Positions 1 through 12,937 of a stretch of DNA of 64,000 nucleotides are shown here, piece by piece. Origin of the DNA: Antedon mediterranea (taxonomy: Eukaryota; Animalia; Echinodermata); the NCBI RefSeq assembly GCF_964355755.1, contig NC_092670.1, positions 32,786,388 to 32,850,387 of the forward strand, read 5' to 3'. Made by a program: the position numbers and the translations under genes. Below the pieces are notes generated by a model that was not told the DNA's origin, did no database searches, and saw nothing but the letters and a program-made list of their open reading frames with translations. Positions within the stretch are counted from its first letter, which is position 1, and the number at the start of each line of letters is the position of its first letter.

Positions 1-139
1 ATGTACATAGTGACTGATATGATTTAACTGTGAAACATATAGAACACATATTCCTAGTAATAAACACCAATGCAATAGTAAATTTAAATTATTAAATAAA
101 ATACAAACATCAAATATTTGTTTTGTTTCAATGTAATTG

Positions 140-500
140 TATTTATTCTCATGGTTAATATTTTTCTTTATATTCTCATGGTTACACAATTTCTTTTAAT
201 GGTTACACAATTTCTTTATATTCTCATAGTTACTATTTTTCTTTATATTCTCATGGTTACAGTTTTTATTATTATATTCTCATGGTTAAATTATTTATTT
301 ATATTCTCATGGTTACAGTTTTTATTATTATATTCTCGTGGTTACATTATTTATATTCTCATGGTTACAGTTTTTATTATTATATTCTCATGGTTATATT
401 ATTTATTTATATTCTCATGGTTTCCATTTTGTTTTCATTTTTTTTAAATCTTTTTTTTTATTCACATGCTCACAGTTTCTGTTTGCATAACCATGGTTAG
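140..500. repeat. Degenerate ~30-bp tandem repeat (TATTCTCATGGTTACAGTTTTTATTATTA-like), probably subterminal/3' repeat of the transposon at 1-3810
   Basis: About 10 recurrences of ATTCTCATGGTTA; explains the hydrophobic repetitive ORFs 118-447 and 282-500. Confidence 0.8.
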
Positions 501-539
501 TGTTTCACATTGGTTATAGTGTAGGCCTATTACATTACA

Positions 540-3395
540 GTTACTTTTTATGATGATTTTGTTGCATTCAAAACCGTATAAACTATATTTCATATTCATC
601 TTCCTTATAGTCTAATTCATCATCTTCAATGCCATAGTCTGGTGTGTCTTCTTTTTCTTCTCTTGTCCTGTTTTCACACTCATCTCATTCACACTCGAAC
701 AGTTAATCCTAGAGCAAGTGACTTTGGAGTCTGCCTTCTTCCTTTCCAAGCAAGGTACAGGATGTCCTGGCTTATCGATAAAATTTTCGTTCGAGTTTCT
801 TCAGTAACATCTGAAAATGAGGTTTGTATAGTATCTTCTGCAGCACCAACACACTTTGCGATTAGATTAAACAACTCATATGGCACAATTTCAGATATGT
901 CAACATCATTAATGTCCGCTGCTCTTGGAGGCCATTCACTCTGCATACCTTTGTTTGATTTGATGGCATTATTTACTATCGTACCTGCAAGTACATTTTA
1001 TAGCATTGGGTGAATGAAACATAGTAATAATAAATTTATATAAAGCATATACTGTATTGTGTACAGCATTTATGATCGACACCACTTACTATCATAACAG
1101 TTTTGTTTTTTGAGTGTATACAGCTTTCACCTCTTTGATCCACAGCATTTCCTTAATTATGCAATAACATTTATTGTTGTTATTTAAAAATAAACCAATA
1201 TATACAAGTTATTGTATTTTAACCGTACCTGCAAAATATAGAGTCCTTAGTTTGTCTCTATTGTCACCATCAGTGGAGATTTCGTGTGTTGTAGAAGTAG
1301 TTGGAATATCTATGTCATACTTTGATGATTCATCTGTCTCCGTTGTACTTTTTCCTGATGACAAAAATGGATCAGCCACAAATCCAGGGGATACATTGCT
1401 AAAGTACACCAGAACTGATTCATTTCTAATTAAGAAAAAATAAATAAAATATTTAGTTTGACCAATCCACAAAAAGATTTTTTTTTTAAATTATCCCTGG
1501 TGAAATAATCATTTAATATAAACACACTAAGCAACTAACCTTCTTGTGGGTGAATAAAAAATTAGGTTAGGATAATCCATCCTGAGCTTCTTCTTCAACA
1601 CGTCTGATCTATAAATAACACATTAATTGATTATAATTAATTGTAACATAGATACAATGAAGAAATTATTACAGTAACTGGATCTCAAAATTATTTCATC
1701 GTTTTTAAGAAGGAATCGACAGCCTACCTTATAGTTGACAAGTAAACTTTTTCTGTTTTTTCAATTGATTTCATGAAAAGCTTTTGGAGTTTTGCGAGTC
1801 TTAGTATCTCCTGTCCATACTGTAACCGTTTATCAATTGCATCTCTGCAAAATACCTTATAGCTTTGCTTATATGTTAAAAAAACACTTTCCAATTCCCT
1901 GTAAATAATAATAAATACTGTATTATTAAAATATATTTTAATATTTTATAGATTTTGGTGTTTAAAAATTCAACATTTAGACTGAAGCAAATAAATAAAA
2001 AATTAAAAGTGTAAATTAAAAAAACCAACAGAGTTTTAGAAAGTTACGTTTTACTCACTTTCCAGAATCATGTCGTTTACGTGAATTAACAACTATTTTG
2101 GTGTAGTTTTTGTAACATTGGTCATGATATCGCACTTCAATACAAGCACAGCTTTTGCCTCGAATGTCTTTTAAAATACTTTCGTCCTCTCTCATTTCTG
2201 CAGCTTTTCGCAACATTCCTGTCATAAATCAAATCAACAAAAGCAATAGTGTGTAATTCCTAAATGATTGAAATGATATTTTGTTATGCATAACTACAGC
2301 ATGGAGATATAAAATGTATAGCTCCATGTACACTATATAGCAAAGGTTCACATGGAAGAAATGTCCTGGAACACCTCATTATGCTGTACAGTAGGAAGGT
2401 TTTCTAATTGGATTACATCAGTTGAGCCTGCAAAACTCATTATAGGATGGGGATTAGAAAGCAGATTGATTAATTAACCATATGTTTACAAATTTAAAGG
2501 ATAGGAGAAACAACAATAACAAGTAAATTTTTTTTCTTCAAATAATTACCTGCATCATCTGTTAAAGCCTTTCTTAATTTATCATGACCTCTTTTGCCTT
2601 GGATCGTCACTAATTTGTCTTGCAATTTACAAATGATACATTTCTTTGGCAAAATAGTGGCTTTTTGAACCATTGCTGTGGCTGAACTACTCTCAAAAAA
2701 TGCTTGGCCCTCTTAACTGGTGGCTCATCTGGGCTCTCACTGTCTCCTGCTTGGGATCTCTTTTTGGCAACTCTTGTTTCAGCCTAAACATCAATTTCAA
2801 CGTATAATTAATTTATACAGCATTTTATTTTGTCTTATATAGAGCCTATATTGGTATTTAACTAAAATTAATTTTGTAGCCTACTGAATAATATATACTG
2901 TATAATATAATATGGCCTAGGCCTAGGGCCTGGTACTACAGTAGTAGAAAGCCCAATCAACAACCAAGCACAGAAACTAAGGGCACAATATAGATCTATA
3001 AGTAAGTGCAGTAGCACCCTATATACTGTATCATTTAACTATATTATTAACTCTTAGAGTATTCTGATAATAATCGAAACCAAATATTACCTTTTTTAGT
3101 CGAGATGTATCAGTATATCGCCTGTAACAGGTAGCATGAAAACCTAAGCCTGATGCTCGCGTACGACATCGTCAAACGATTTACCTTCATCAGACATACC
3201 AAGCTCCGTCAAATGTATGGCGATTTCCTTGCCGTCTCCATCTAATTTTATCCAACTCTTTGAACAGAGCAACACTTTATTCCATCGAATCTCAGTAATT
3301 GGACTGATAATTTCATTTGAATGCTTGTAAATTTGGAAAAAACAGTTCAACTTTACTTTGTCTGAGCGAGAAGATCCTTCCTCGTCGGACGCCAT
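540..3395 (-). pseudogene. Spliced, frameshifted and internally deleted DNA-transposon transposase (Academ/AcademX-like, CXC-type C-terminus)
   Basis: Minus-strand exons with GT-AG ends: 3395-3091, 2783-2550, 2218-2059, 1898-1728, 1608-1540, 1425-1229, 984-~690. They translate to GFHATCYRRYT, LPKKCIICK, LRKAAEMREDESILKDIRG..EVRYHDQCYKNYT, KKKLRMDYPNLIF and WPP..IVPYELFNLIA..KILSISQDILY..GRRQTPKSLALGLTVR. This jumps directly to CE*DECEN plus an acidic tail. Frameshifts near 3150, 2690 and probably 1545. Family assignment is from recalled motifs, not a search. Confidence 0.7.
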
Positions 3396-3669
3396 TTCGT
3401 GTTTACATCGTGCTGATTTTGACGTCTGCTGCCTAAACGTCGCGTATGATTGGTTTAACTGATGTCATGTGATACAAAATGGCAACTGCGAAAATATATT
3501 CTTTTATACTTTTAAAATCAAGATTTCTTTAAAATGTCAGGAAAATTTTCGTGGAACTTTTTAATACGTGATTAATTTATTTTTATGTATATGAATCAAG
3601 AGAGTTCACTTATTATGCTTAATGAGGAACAAGAACAAATGTTTTTATCTTCACCGTAAGGCCTATAGA

Positions 3670-3810
3670 TACCGCACTTGTGTAATCACTTCTTGTTGCT
3701 ATACGCTTGGGTGCACACGGAACAAGAACATTTAACTGATGAATTATTCATGTTTATTTTGTGACGTTTCATGAGGGGGTCCCCAACTTATGTACGAAAA
3801 AAAAAATCGC
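3670..3810. mobile_element. Terminal inverted repeat (~140 bp) of the transposon carrying the 540-3395 gene; other end lies outside the window
   Basis: Nearly identical to 28318-28458 (same orientation) and reverse-complementary to 22807-22869 + 27597-27664. Ends ...AAAATCGC and abuts the start of a satellite unit (GTCCCGCAT). Confidence 0.85.
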
Positions 3811-4390
3811 GTCCCGCATACCTGGCTCAGCCTATATATTGTGCCAGTTCTGCGGTACATTTCATTTCGAAACTTGAGCTGCACTGACCAGATATAATAA
3901 GATCGAAACAGTACCGTCTGCAGATTGGATATATATATAGCACGCTCGTTGAGCTTGTGCACTCTTTGTGTTCATAATCAGTGTACCATGTCCCGCATAC
4001 CTGGCTCAGCCTATATATTGTGCCAGTTCTGCGGTATATTTCATTTCGAAACCTGAGTTGCACTGACGAGATCTAATAAGATCGAAATAGTACTGTCTGC
4101 AGATTGGATATTACGCTCCTCTACTTTCTGCTTTATTCATATATAGTACGTTGTTTTGTAGAGCACTCTTCATTTCGAAACGGTGCATTTTTGTTGTGAA
4201 TACTATTCGCATTTTGCAAAGCACGCTCGTTGAGCTTGTGCACTCTTTGTGTTCATAATCAGTGTACCGTGTCCCGCATACCTGGCTCAGCCTATATATT
4301 GTGCCAGTTCTGCTGTATATTTCATTTTGAAACCTGAGCTGCACTGACGAGATCTAATAAGATCGAAACAGTACTGTCTGCAGATTGGAG
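3811..4390. repeat. Tandem repeat, 3 units (~180-280 bp) starting GTCCCGCATACCTGGCTCAGCC
   Basis: Unit starts at 3811, 3990 and 4270; explains the similar ORFs 3744-3962, 3827-4063 and 4111-4344. Confidence 0.85.
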
Positions 4391-4589
4391 ATATATATAT
4401 ATATATATAAATTAATTAAATAATTTTCAGTGTATCACCGGGCGGTTTGGAATTTATTTCTATGCCTGTTGTGTATATATATATATATATATACATATGA
4501 ACATTAGACTTGTACACCAATATATATACATCAAAACTTGAAACAATAGCTATATATAACGTATTGTTGATTGATAAAAAGACTAGTCC

Positions 4590-6050
4590 GACCCCAGTTC
4601 AGGTTCACGTCAGATTTTACGTACAGCATTAGCGACTTCTTGCTTTCACGACGCGCAACGCGGCTAACCGCATATCGAATAAGATTGACCTATAGTCTAT
4701 AGATGCGTGTAGCGTCGTGAAAACGAAGCATTGAGATGTGATTTTAATTTGCCAGAGTCGGACCGAAGTAGGTTTGAGAGAAACTTTATGTAATTAGATT
4801 TGATTTTGTATTGTGAGAAATTAATGAACAAAGACTTGACATATATCTATATTGCTGTGTACTTATTTTTTTATCCATATGACTAACTCGCAGAGGGGAT
4901 CAGGGTTTCATTTATCAATAGTTATATAGCTTATATTTATGAAGTGCTTAAGCAAACAATTTAAACTTAATTATCAAACCGTCTTGACATAAAAATTACC
5001 ATAGATAAATTTTACAGCAAATCATGTCTTAAGACGAAAAATCTTTCCTTACGCGTGCGCATAACGGTTTTTCTCTTAGCGATGGCAGCGCTATAACATT
5101 TTATCTCTGCATTCTGGCTACTCTGATTTTTTTACTTGAAAAAAAAGAAAAAGCAAAATTTGGAAGCAAATACTAAAATCATTCGCTCGAAACGTAAATA
5201 AAATTAACATTTATTTATTTGTATCAATTATGAAAGCGACCTTTGGCAGTCGATACTGTTTTCTAAAATTAACTGCTGGTTAGTCAAATGGGTCGTACCT
5301 ATAATCCCAAAATAGTGGTTTTCCTCGTCCAATTTTTAGGCCTTCTTACTGAAGATATCGATATCATTTAGCATCCGTGATACCGCGGAAAACGCACTAG
5401 CGTAGCCTTTCTGAACGTGCGATGTTCCAGCCTTGCACGCTCGCGTTGTCAAAAAAGAATTTTATGTTGCAGAAATGAGATAAGACCAAAGAACTTATAA
5501 CACATGAATCTCCTGTTCGTCTGAAGCGCGCAACAATTTCGAAAGGCATTGTGGGATAGAATAGAGGTATGGGTGGCGCCATTGTGAGCCATGGAGTAGG
5601 GCGCCCGCATCAAATTAGAAAGTCAAACTCATAGAGGGGATCTGCTAATACTCTAGGGGGGGATAGAGTAATTGACTGAGGAGTATGGTGCCCGCATCAA
5701 ATTAGAAAGTCAAAATCATAGAGGGGATCTGCTAATACTCTAGGAGGGGGGGGGGGGGGTAGAGTAATTGACATCCTAGTTTGGAGGGGTCGCTGCTCCA
5801 TGCTGTGAAATGGCGTCGCCCAGTTTGACCTTTTAACCCTGTACTTCAGATACTGTGTTTTGAATACAAATTGAAGAACAGGAGATTCTTGTGTTATGAG
5901 TTCTTTGATAAGACTAAATTGTTCAACTTGAGGCAGGGTGTTGTTCGTCTGAGTCTAGATTAAGAAAGTATCTTTTCTTCGATATAATTATATTAATAAA
6001 TCTGACTTTAGCAAATTCAAGGATTTAAGGTAAAGTTTAGACGATTTTTT
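4590..6050 (+). repeat. Copy 1 of a ~1-kb dispersed/duplicated segment (copy 2 at ~8837-10280)
   Basis: Colinear similarity from CCCAGTTCAGGTTCACGTCAGATTTTACG to CGATTTTTT; each copy carries different insertions. Confidence 0.85.
5487..5907. mobile_element. Non-autonomous TIR element (421 bp), 7-bp TSD ATAAGAC, CAA..TTG ends (P-element-like)
   Basis: TIRs CAAAGAACTTATAACACATGAATCTCCTGTTC / GAACAGGAGATTCTTGTGTTATGAGTTCTTTG with ATAAGAC on both sides. Empty site (single ATAAGAC) in the paralogous copy at ~10136. Internal ~85-bp direct repeat (5592-5675, 5680-5772). Confidence 0.85.
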
Positions 6051-7067
6051 GCAAGGTATAGTACTTTATTTGTTACTTGGCAAAATATATTTTTCGCTGA
6101 TGATTTCATAAACTTGTGTTTATGTTCTGACAAACTGTTGAACCGGATAGAATTTGCACAACTATGCCTATATACAGTATATATGTGTAAAATAAGTATC
6201 CAAGTATCATATGCTGGTATTATTTTCTAGGAAAAACAATAATAATTAGTGCGGAAGGCTAATACACGATAAACAGTATAATATGATCTAATGATATTGT
6301 TTTTTACCTATTGCCAGAGATACAATGGTCATTTTTTGTTGGTTCACTTATCTAAGCGGTTTTGGGATTTTCTTCTAAACGTCTTGCCCAACTCCATAAT
6401 TAGTAGGCTACTCAATTACTCTCTTGTTCTTATTTATTTGTATTTATCGTCACATAAATAAATATATTAAAAATAAAAAATGGTGAAATAAACACATTTC
6501 AAGTTGGTATTATTTTTTAGGAAAGAGTTTATTGGACCAGAAGGTTATGGATTGTATTACAGAATCGGCTAATATTAATTGATATAAAATGCCATAATGT
6601 GGAGATAAGATAAAGATAATCTGATAAAAATTATAAGAAAGAACATTTAACGTTATGTCATTTACATTGCATATATCGTATTTCAGAAAATGTATAATTA
6701 GTACTCAACTTACTAATTAAGTAAATTATTCTGCGAAGAAGGCATATTTTAAAAATAAATTGTTCAGATCAAATTAAACAGTCTACAATTACAAATAAAA
6801 TATTGATTACTGGAATTGTGTAGTTTCAAGATGCGTTTGATACCGAACGTTAAGAGCACTACAAATATTTACTATGATGCAATACATAGATGGAAAAGAA
6901 ATTCGATATAGATTTGTAAAGACAAATTAGAAACGTTATTGACCACAAAATAAGGCTGACAGTTATGATATCGTACAATAAGAAGACTAGCTTTAAGTAC
7001 AATCACTTGACTTGACTGATTTGATAAAAATAGTTTTGAAGAACAAACATTGAAGATAGATACAAGA

Positions 7068-8693
7068 ATGTTATGCAGAAATAACACTGAAATTCTACGA
7101 AAATGTACATTAATTTATATAATAATAATTTGGGTAAGTACTTGAATTGTAACATTATTATAGGTTGGGAATTAAAAATAACAGTGTTGGCGGTGGGCAA
7201 CAAATAGACATGTCTCGTCTATTTACCTATTTGTTAGGCCTATTCGATTCAGTACTCTACTGCGAATCACTGACATGACGGTACATGCAATAGCATTACT
7301 TTTCTTATTTCGGATGATAAATTTACATAATTACTCAGAAATTTTTAAATTATATTATTTCTTTTTTTTGATACTTTACGTAACATTCAAGTTATACACA
7401 AAATTAGGTATTTTTCTGTTTTGTTCAGTTATAAAAGTTATATTTTTCCCCATATATTATTTATTATTATTACAATGATTAGTGTCTTATTATTAATTTA
7501 GATTATTTTGTAGACTTTATATAATGATCGTATTGTTTTTTTTTTAACATCATTACATTTTTTTTCCCTCAATATTTTCATATTTCAAAAGATATGAATT
7601 ATAAAAATGTTAATATTTTCCTTTTTCAGTATTTTTTAAACATTATTTAAAAGTTATAAATATGTTTTCAGAATTAATAATTGTATTTTATCGATATGTT
7701 TTTAATAGAACATTCTTGCAGTTCAGCGAAGTTACCTAGCGGATGGTAGGAATATCAGCGCATTATAAAAAACAATTTACCTTTACAATTATAATATTGA
7801 CTGTACTTACATATATACAATATACCCAACGTTAAGATACATTATATCATAATTATTACCAATTGTATTTTATCGATATTTTTTAATAGACAATTCTTGC
7901 AGTTCATCGAAGTTACCTAGCGGATGGTAGAAATATCAGCGAATGCCCAGTCAACCAGACACTAGTGAAAGCTTCAGACGGACACCGATGTGTCACGCTT
8001 TTAGTAAAAAATAAGTGTTTCAGATATAGTAAAAATATGACAAATACAGTTAATAATTTATCTAACCAAACGAAAGCTACTATAGAAAAAATACATTATG
8101 GTATTTTGGCTCATTTCGCATTTGAAGGCAATACATTGGCCAGCTCAGTTGACACAGAAATCTACGGTGCCATGAGCGGGTCTGGAATAATTACCTTCGC
8201 ACATGGATTTCTTAACCTAGGAATTGTTTTTACAGGCAATCAGAGAATGATGTTTGCATTGGAGGATTTGGATTTTGAATTTTCTGTCAGTTTTTGGTTT
8301 CATCGTGTTGGTGATGATGGAAATCAAGTTATCATAAACAATGGGTGTGGTAGTGCTCACTGGCAAATAATATCATATTCAACAAATATGGTTATGGTTG
8401 TATTTACCGATGATATATTATCTGGAACTGTCCTTGGTTTTGTTAAAGAACTCCAAGAATGGCATCATGTACTTATGACGTGTAATGGCTTTTTGATTTC
8501 CGTGTACATAGACGGCGTAATGGCAGGTGATGTTTCTCTTAATCTTTCAGTCATGAGTTCTGATATTTTTGTTGGTCAGACTAGTTATGAATGTTCCGAT
8601 TCCAGTGATCCATTTAATGGTATGATAGATGAATTGTTAATATTTAATAGCTCTATACCCATAAACGTAATTCAAACCATATATCAAAACTAA
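7068..8693 (+). CDS. Secreted LamG/concanavalin-A-like (pentraxin-like) domain protein, 2 exons (7068-7133, 7890-8693)
   Basis: Exon 1 MLCRNNTEILRKCTLIYIIIIW|gtaagt. Phase-0 acceptor ttttaatag|ACA is in frame with the 242-aa ORF. LamG hallmarks AHFAFEG, FSVSFWF, EWHHVLMT, VYIDG, FNGMIDELLIFN. Confidence 0.8.
7678..7762 (+). repeat. Partial duplicate of the exon-2 acceptor and first codons (pseudo-exon)
   Basis: Near-identical to 7861-7941 including ttttaatag acceptor; reaches a stop (TAA) shortly after. Confidence 0.75.
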
Positions 8694-8836
8694 AAATGTT
8701 ACAATGCATCAACTAGTGTGCCTGGCTGCCTAATCGATAGTTTTCTTGTGGCAAGTTTATTGCTATTGTTTTGATGTATATATATTGGTGTCAAAGTATA
8801 ACGTTCATATGTATTGTTAGGCCAAAATGAGTCCGG

Positions 8837-10280
8837 CCCCAGTTGAGGTTCACGTCAGATTTTACGTACAGCATAACGCGTGGTTCCCACTAGCGACGAA
8901 ACACAAGGACGTAACGCAACGCAAGTGAATTGACCAATCAAAAGCGATGGCTTATTCGCTTTTGATTGGTAACCGTCTATAACTTCGCTCGTCCTTGCGT
9001 TACGTTCTAGTGGGAACCAAGCTTTAGCGACTTTTCGCTTTCATTGACCTATAGACGCGTGTAGCGTCGTGACAATGAAGCATTGAGATGCGATTTTAAT
9101 TTGCCACAGCAGGACCGAAGTAGGTTTGAAAGAAACTTTATGTAAATAGATTTGATTTTGTATTGTGGGAAATTAATGAATAAATACTTTCTTTTGTCTT
9201 GTGTGAATTCTTCTCACGTTTATTTAAATTCTCAGAGATGAATATATTATATACATATAAGTACATTTGTGACAATTAAAAGTAAGTGTTTAAAGGGGTT
9301 AAAATACAGGTATATTTACAAAATAAAATGCTTGAATTCAGTATCAACCACATTTGTTTACATTTACAATTTTAGATACGATGTTAACTAAAATGTAAAA
9401 ATAAAAAATGGGGGTAAAATACATGATTAAAATGTTCTTGTTAAACTATCTTATTTGTGTTCGAGTAGAGAGGCTATGCATAAAGACTTGACATGTATCT
9501 ATATTGTTGTGTACTTTTCCCATATAACTAACTCGATCGTAGGGCGTCAGGGTTGGCATTTATCAATAGTCTAGTTATATAGCTTATATTTAAGAAGTGC
9601 TTAAGCAAACAACTTAAGCTTATTTATCAAACCGTCTTGACATAAAAATTGCCATAGGTAAATTTTACTTAGCGCAAGCGCAAAGTTAATCTCTAGAAGG
9701 CAGCAAATCATGTCTTAAGACGAAAAATCTTTGCGCATTACGCTTTTTCTCTTAGCGATGTCAGCACTATAACACTTTATCTCCGCATTCTAGCTACTAT
9801 GCTTTTGTTACTTGAAATAGAGAAAGAGCAAAAGTCAGAAGTAAATACTAAAATCATTCGCTCTAAATTAATTAAATAAAATCAATATTTATTTATTTAT
9901 ATCAATTATGACAGTCGATACAGTTTTCTAAAAGTAACTGCTGCTTAGTCAAATGGGTCGTACCTATCCCTTAATAGTAGTTTTACTCGTCCCACTTCTA
10001 GGCCATCTTTATCGATATCATTATTTAGCGTCCGTGATACCACGGAAAACGCACTAGCGTAGCCTTTCCGATGCGATGTTCCAGCTCAGCACGCTCGCGT
10101 TCTCAAAAAAGAATTTTTCCTGTTGCAGAAATGAGATAAGACGAAATGTTTCATCTTAATGCAGGGTGTTGTTCGTCTTAGGTTTAAGACAAAATTAAGC
10201 AAATATTTTTTCTTTGATATATTAATACATCTAACTTTAGCAAAATTAAGGATTTTAGGCAAAGTTAAGTCGATTTTTTA
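8837..10280 (+). repeat. Copy 2 of the segment at 4590-6050
   Basis: Colinear with copy 1; extra MITE at 8877-9023 and an extra ~295-bp AT-rich block at ~9186-9478. Confidence 0.85.
8877..9023. mobile_element. MITE (147 bp), PIF/Harbinger-like TWA target
   Basis: TIR core TGGTTCCCACTAG / CTAGTGGGAACCA, flanked by TAA and TTA. Empty site GCATTAGCG at ~4626. A degenerate relative lies at ~19670-19797. Confidence 0.8.
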
Positions 10281-10399
10281 AGTAGGATAAATACGGCCCC
10301 TAGTAGATAGTTCGCCTGTTTGCCTGTAAACTTACTTTTTATGTTGTTTCTGTGTGAGGGTGTGTGTGCAGACAAACTATTAAAAGCTGACAAACAAAT

Positions 10400-10660
10400 A
10401 TTTGTGATACCATGATTGGGGTGAGTTCAGCAAAAAAGTAGCATAATTGAATGATAACATATCAAGACAAAAAAAAAATAAAAGGGTAACGGAAGAGAAC
10501 GTAGAGAATACGTATGGGGTGGAGAAGAAATTCCAGCAAAGGTCACGAATGAATTGACAGAGTAGAATGTAACACAGACAATACAAATAAAATGTTTGAA
10601 GAAAACGCTGAAGAGAACACGTGGTGACTGAAGAGAATGTAACAGAGAACATGATGATCA
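10400..10660 (+). pseudogene. Decayed relic of the TEENVTE-type stalk-coding repeat of the LamG family
   Basis: Motifs such as GTGACTGAAGAGAATGTAACAGAGAAC and GTAACGGAAGAGAACGTAGAGAATACG resemble the 39-bp repeat at 16220-17240; no intact frame. Confidence 0.5.
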
Positions 10661-12089
10661 CTGATATACGGGTTATTATGTCTTCCAGCTCGATATTTGT
10701 GCCAAAATAGATTTTTTAGCTAATTAATTTTATTATTCTTGAGATGCTAAATCCAAAAAGTTTGGTGCCATTTTTGTTTTACCACTCCTTCAGCTGCCAT
10801 TTTGTATTTCAAAATGGCCGACGTTCCACACTAAAGTTGGTCATTCATGGTATCATTGGAAATGGAATGTAATACTGATCATTTTATTCCACTACACCCA
10901 TATCAATAAACGCATAGTTACATAGTAATTGTGCAATAAAAAAAATCACGTGACCAATAAAGGTCAAAAGGTCAACATGCAATTTCACCAAATACTGTAC
11001 TGTTTGGTATCGTTGGATAGATTTTGTTATTCTAAATACAGTTTTATTAATGAATAAGTGCGGTACTGGTGGATTACACTTAACTTCAATGTCAAGTTTC
11101 AAACTGTTGTCAAATCACAGCTTTGTTTTGTTTCGTTGGATAGCTTTTTAAATTCTGAATCTATTTTATTTGTATTAGTCTAAATTTCTGTTTTTTGTAA
11201 AAAGAAAATGGTCATGGTATTATTTGCGTAGCGTTTAAAATCATTTGTATAACAGTGTTATTTTGTCAAAGCGGGTACCACACAATATAAATCCATCTGT
11301 GTACAATGTAAATGTTAATTGGCATGCCTTTCTCTTTGAACATAAAATGAAGTGCAGCAAACAGAATGTTTGCATTTGGTATTATTATACAGTGAACAAA
11401 TCTTAAAAAATTTAAATCAATTAGTTTTCCTCAAATCAAGTTTACACGAAATAAACAAAAGTCAGTGTCCTACTGCTGCTTTTACTACCTTTACAAACTA
11501 CCAATCGATATTGTAAAGAAACTAATTATTGTGTTTGGAATGTCTAAAAGTTCCCTTTGATCGTTACGTATGGTTTGTGATTATCGCAATATAAATCCTA
11601 ACCTCATTCTCACAGATTTCCTCATCTTTAACGCTTCAAATTATTTAATTAAATTTCAGTATATCACCACGCGGTTTAGAATTATTTTTCTTTGCCTGTT
11701 GTGTTTATATATAATATAAAAGTATCTCTTTGGAGATCCCGCTTCGTGAATAAAAATACTGAATAGATGAGGGTGTATCAATTTGATCTCTGGTGCGCGT
11801 GCGTACAACTGAGGACTAGTGCTGTTCCGCCGTACCACGCCGAGAGTGTGAAAGAGTCGCTATCCAATCGAGTTTGAACAATACTATGAAAGCCCCAGTG
11901 GTCTGATGGTTAGGACAGCTGCATATCAATTAGCAGACGGTCCAAGTTCGAATCTCATTCTCACAGATTTCCTCATCTTTATCGTTTCAAATTAATTAAT
12001 TACATTTTTTATTATATCACCGGGCGGTTTAGAATTGTTGTTCTTTGCCTGTTGTGTTTATTCAATCGAGTTCGAACAATACCATGAAA

Positions 12090-12161
12090 GCCCCAGTGGT
12101 CTAATGGTTAGTACATCTGCATATAAAGCAGGCGGTCCGAGTTCGAGTCTCGGTTGGGGCG
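12090..12161 (+). tRNA. tRNA-like repeat copy (anticodon mutated to ATA; pseudogene)
   Basis: Differs from 12454-12525 at the D stem (GTAC) and anticodon loop (ATATAAA). Confidence 0.5.
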
Positions 12162-12453
12162 ACTTTTTCTCATTCTCACATATTTCCTCATCTTTATCGT
12201 TTCAAATTGATTAATTAAATTTCAGTATATCACCGGGCGGTTTAGAATTAATGTTCATTGCCTGATGTGTTTATATATATAAAAGTATCTCTTCGGAGAT
12301 CCCGCCTCATGAATAAAAATACTGAAAGATGAGGGCGTATCAATTTGATCTCTGTTGCGCGTGCGTACAACTGAGGACTAGTGCTGTTCCGCCGTACCAC
12401 GCCGAGAATGTTAAAGAGTCGTTATCCAATCGAGTTCGAACAATACCATGAAA

Positions 12454-12525
12454 GCCCCAGTGGTCTAATGGTTAGGACATCTGCATATCAAGCAGGCGGT
12501 CCGAGTTCGAGTCTCGGTTGGGGCG
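12454..12525 (+). tRNA. tRNA-like cloverleaf, anticodon ATC (Asp), embedded in a repeat; probably a tRNA-derived element/pseudogene
   Basis: Acceptor GCCCCAG/TTGGGGC; D GTCT/GGAC; anticodon stem TCTGC/GCAGG with loop ATATCAA; T arm CCGAG-TTCGAGT-CTCGG; A and B boxes present; followed by TTTTT. Confidence 0.65.
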
Positions 12526-12937
12526 ACTTTTTCTCATTCTCACAGATTTCCTCATCTTTATCGTTTCAAATTAATTAATTAAATTTCAGTATATCACCGG
12601 GCGGTTTAGAATTAATGTTCATTGCCTGATGTGTGTATATATATGTATATATAAATAAATATATGAATAAAAATACTGAAAGATGAGGGCGTATCAATTT
12701 GATCTCTGTTGCGCGTGCGTACAACTGAGGATTAATGTTCTTTGCCTCTTGTGTTTATATATATGTATATATATACATCCAAAGGCAAATTAATGAAAAT
12801 GACAATGCTGTGGGTATCAATGGAGATACAAAAAAAAAAGCGAAAAGCTAAATCAAAACGATATAAACACAACAGGCAAAGAACAATAATTCTAAACCGC
12901 CCGGTGATATACTGACATTTTATTAATTAATTTGAAA

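Noticed and set aside
12368-12420. CTGAGGA as a hammerhead core in the tRNA repeat
   Set aside because: No convincing stem II followed by GAAA and a cleavage triplet could be drawn.
12381-12578. 65-aa ORF repeated at 44712-44900
   Set aside because: GTG start and overlaps the tRNA-like repeat; not conserved in frame in other copies.
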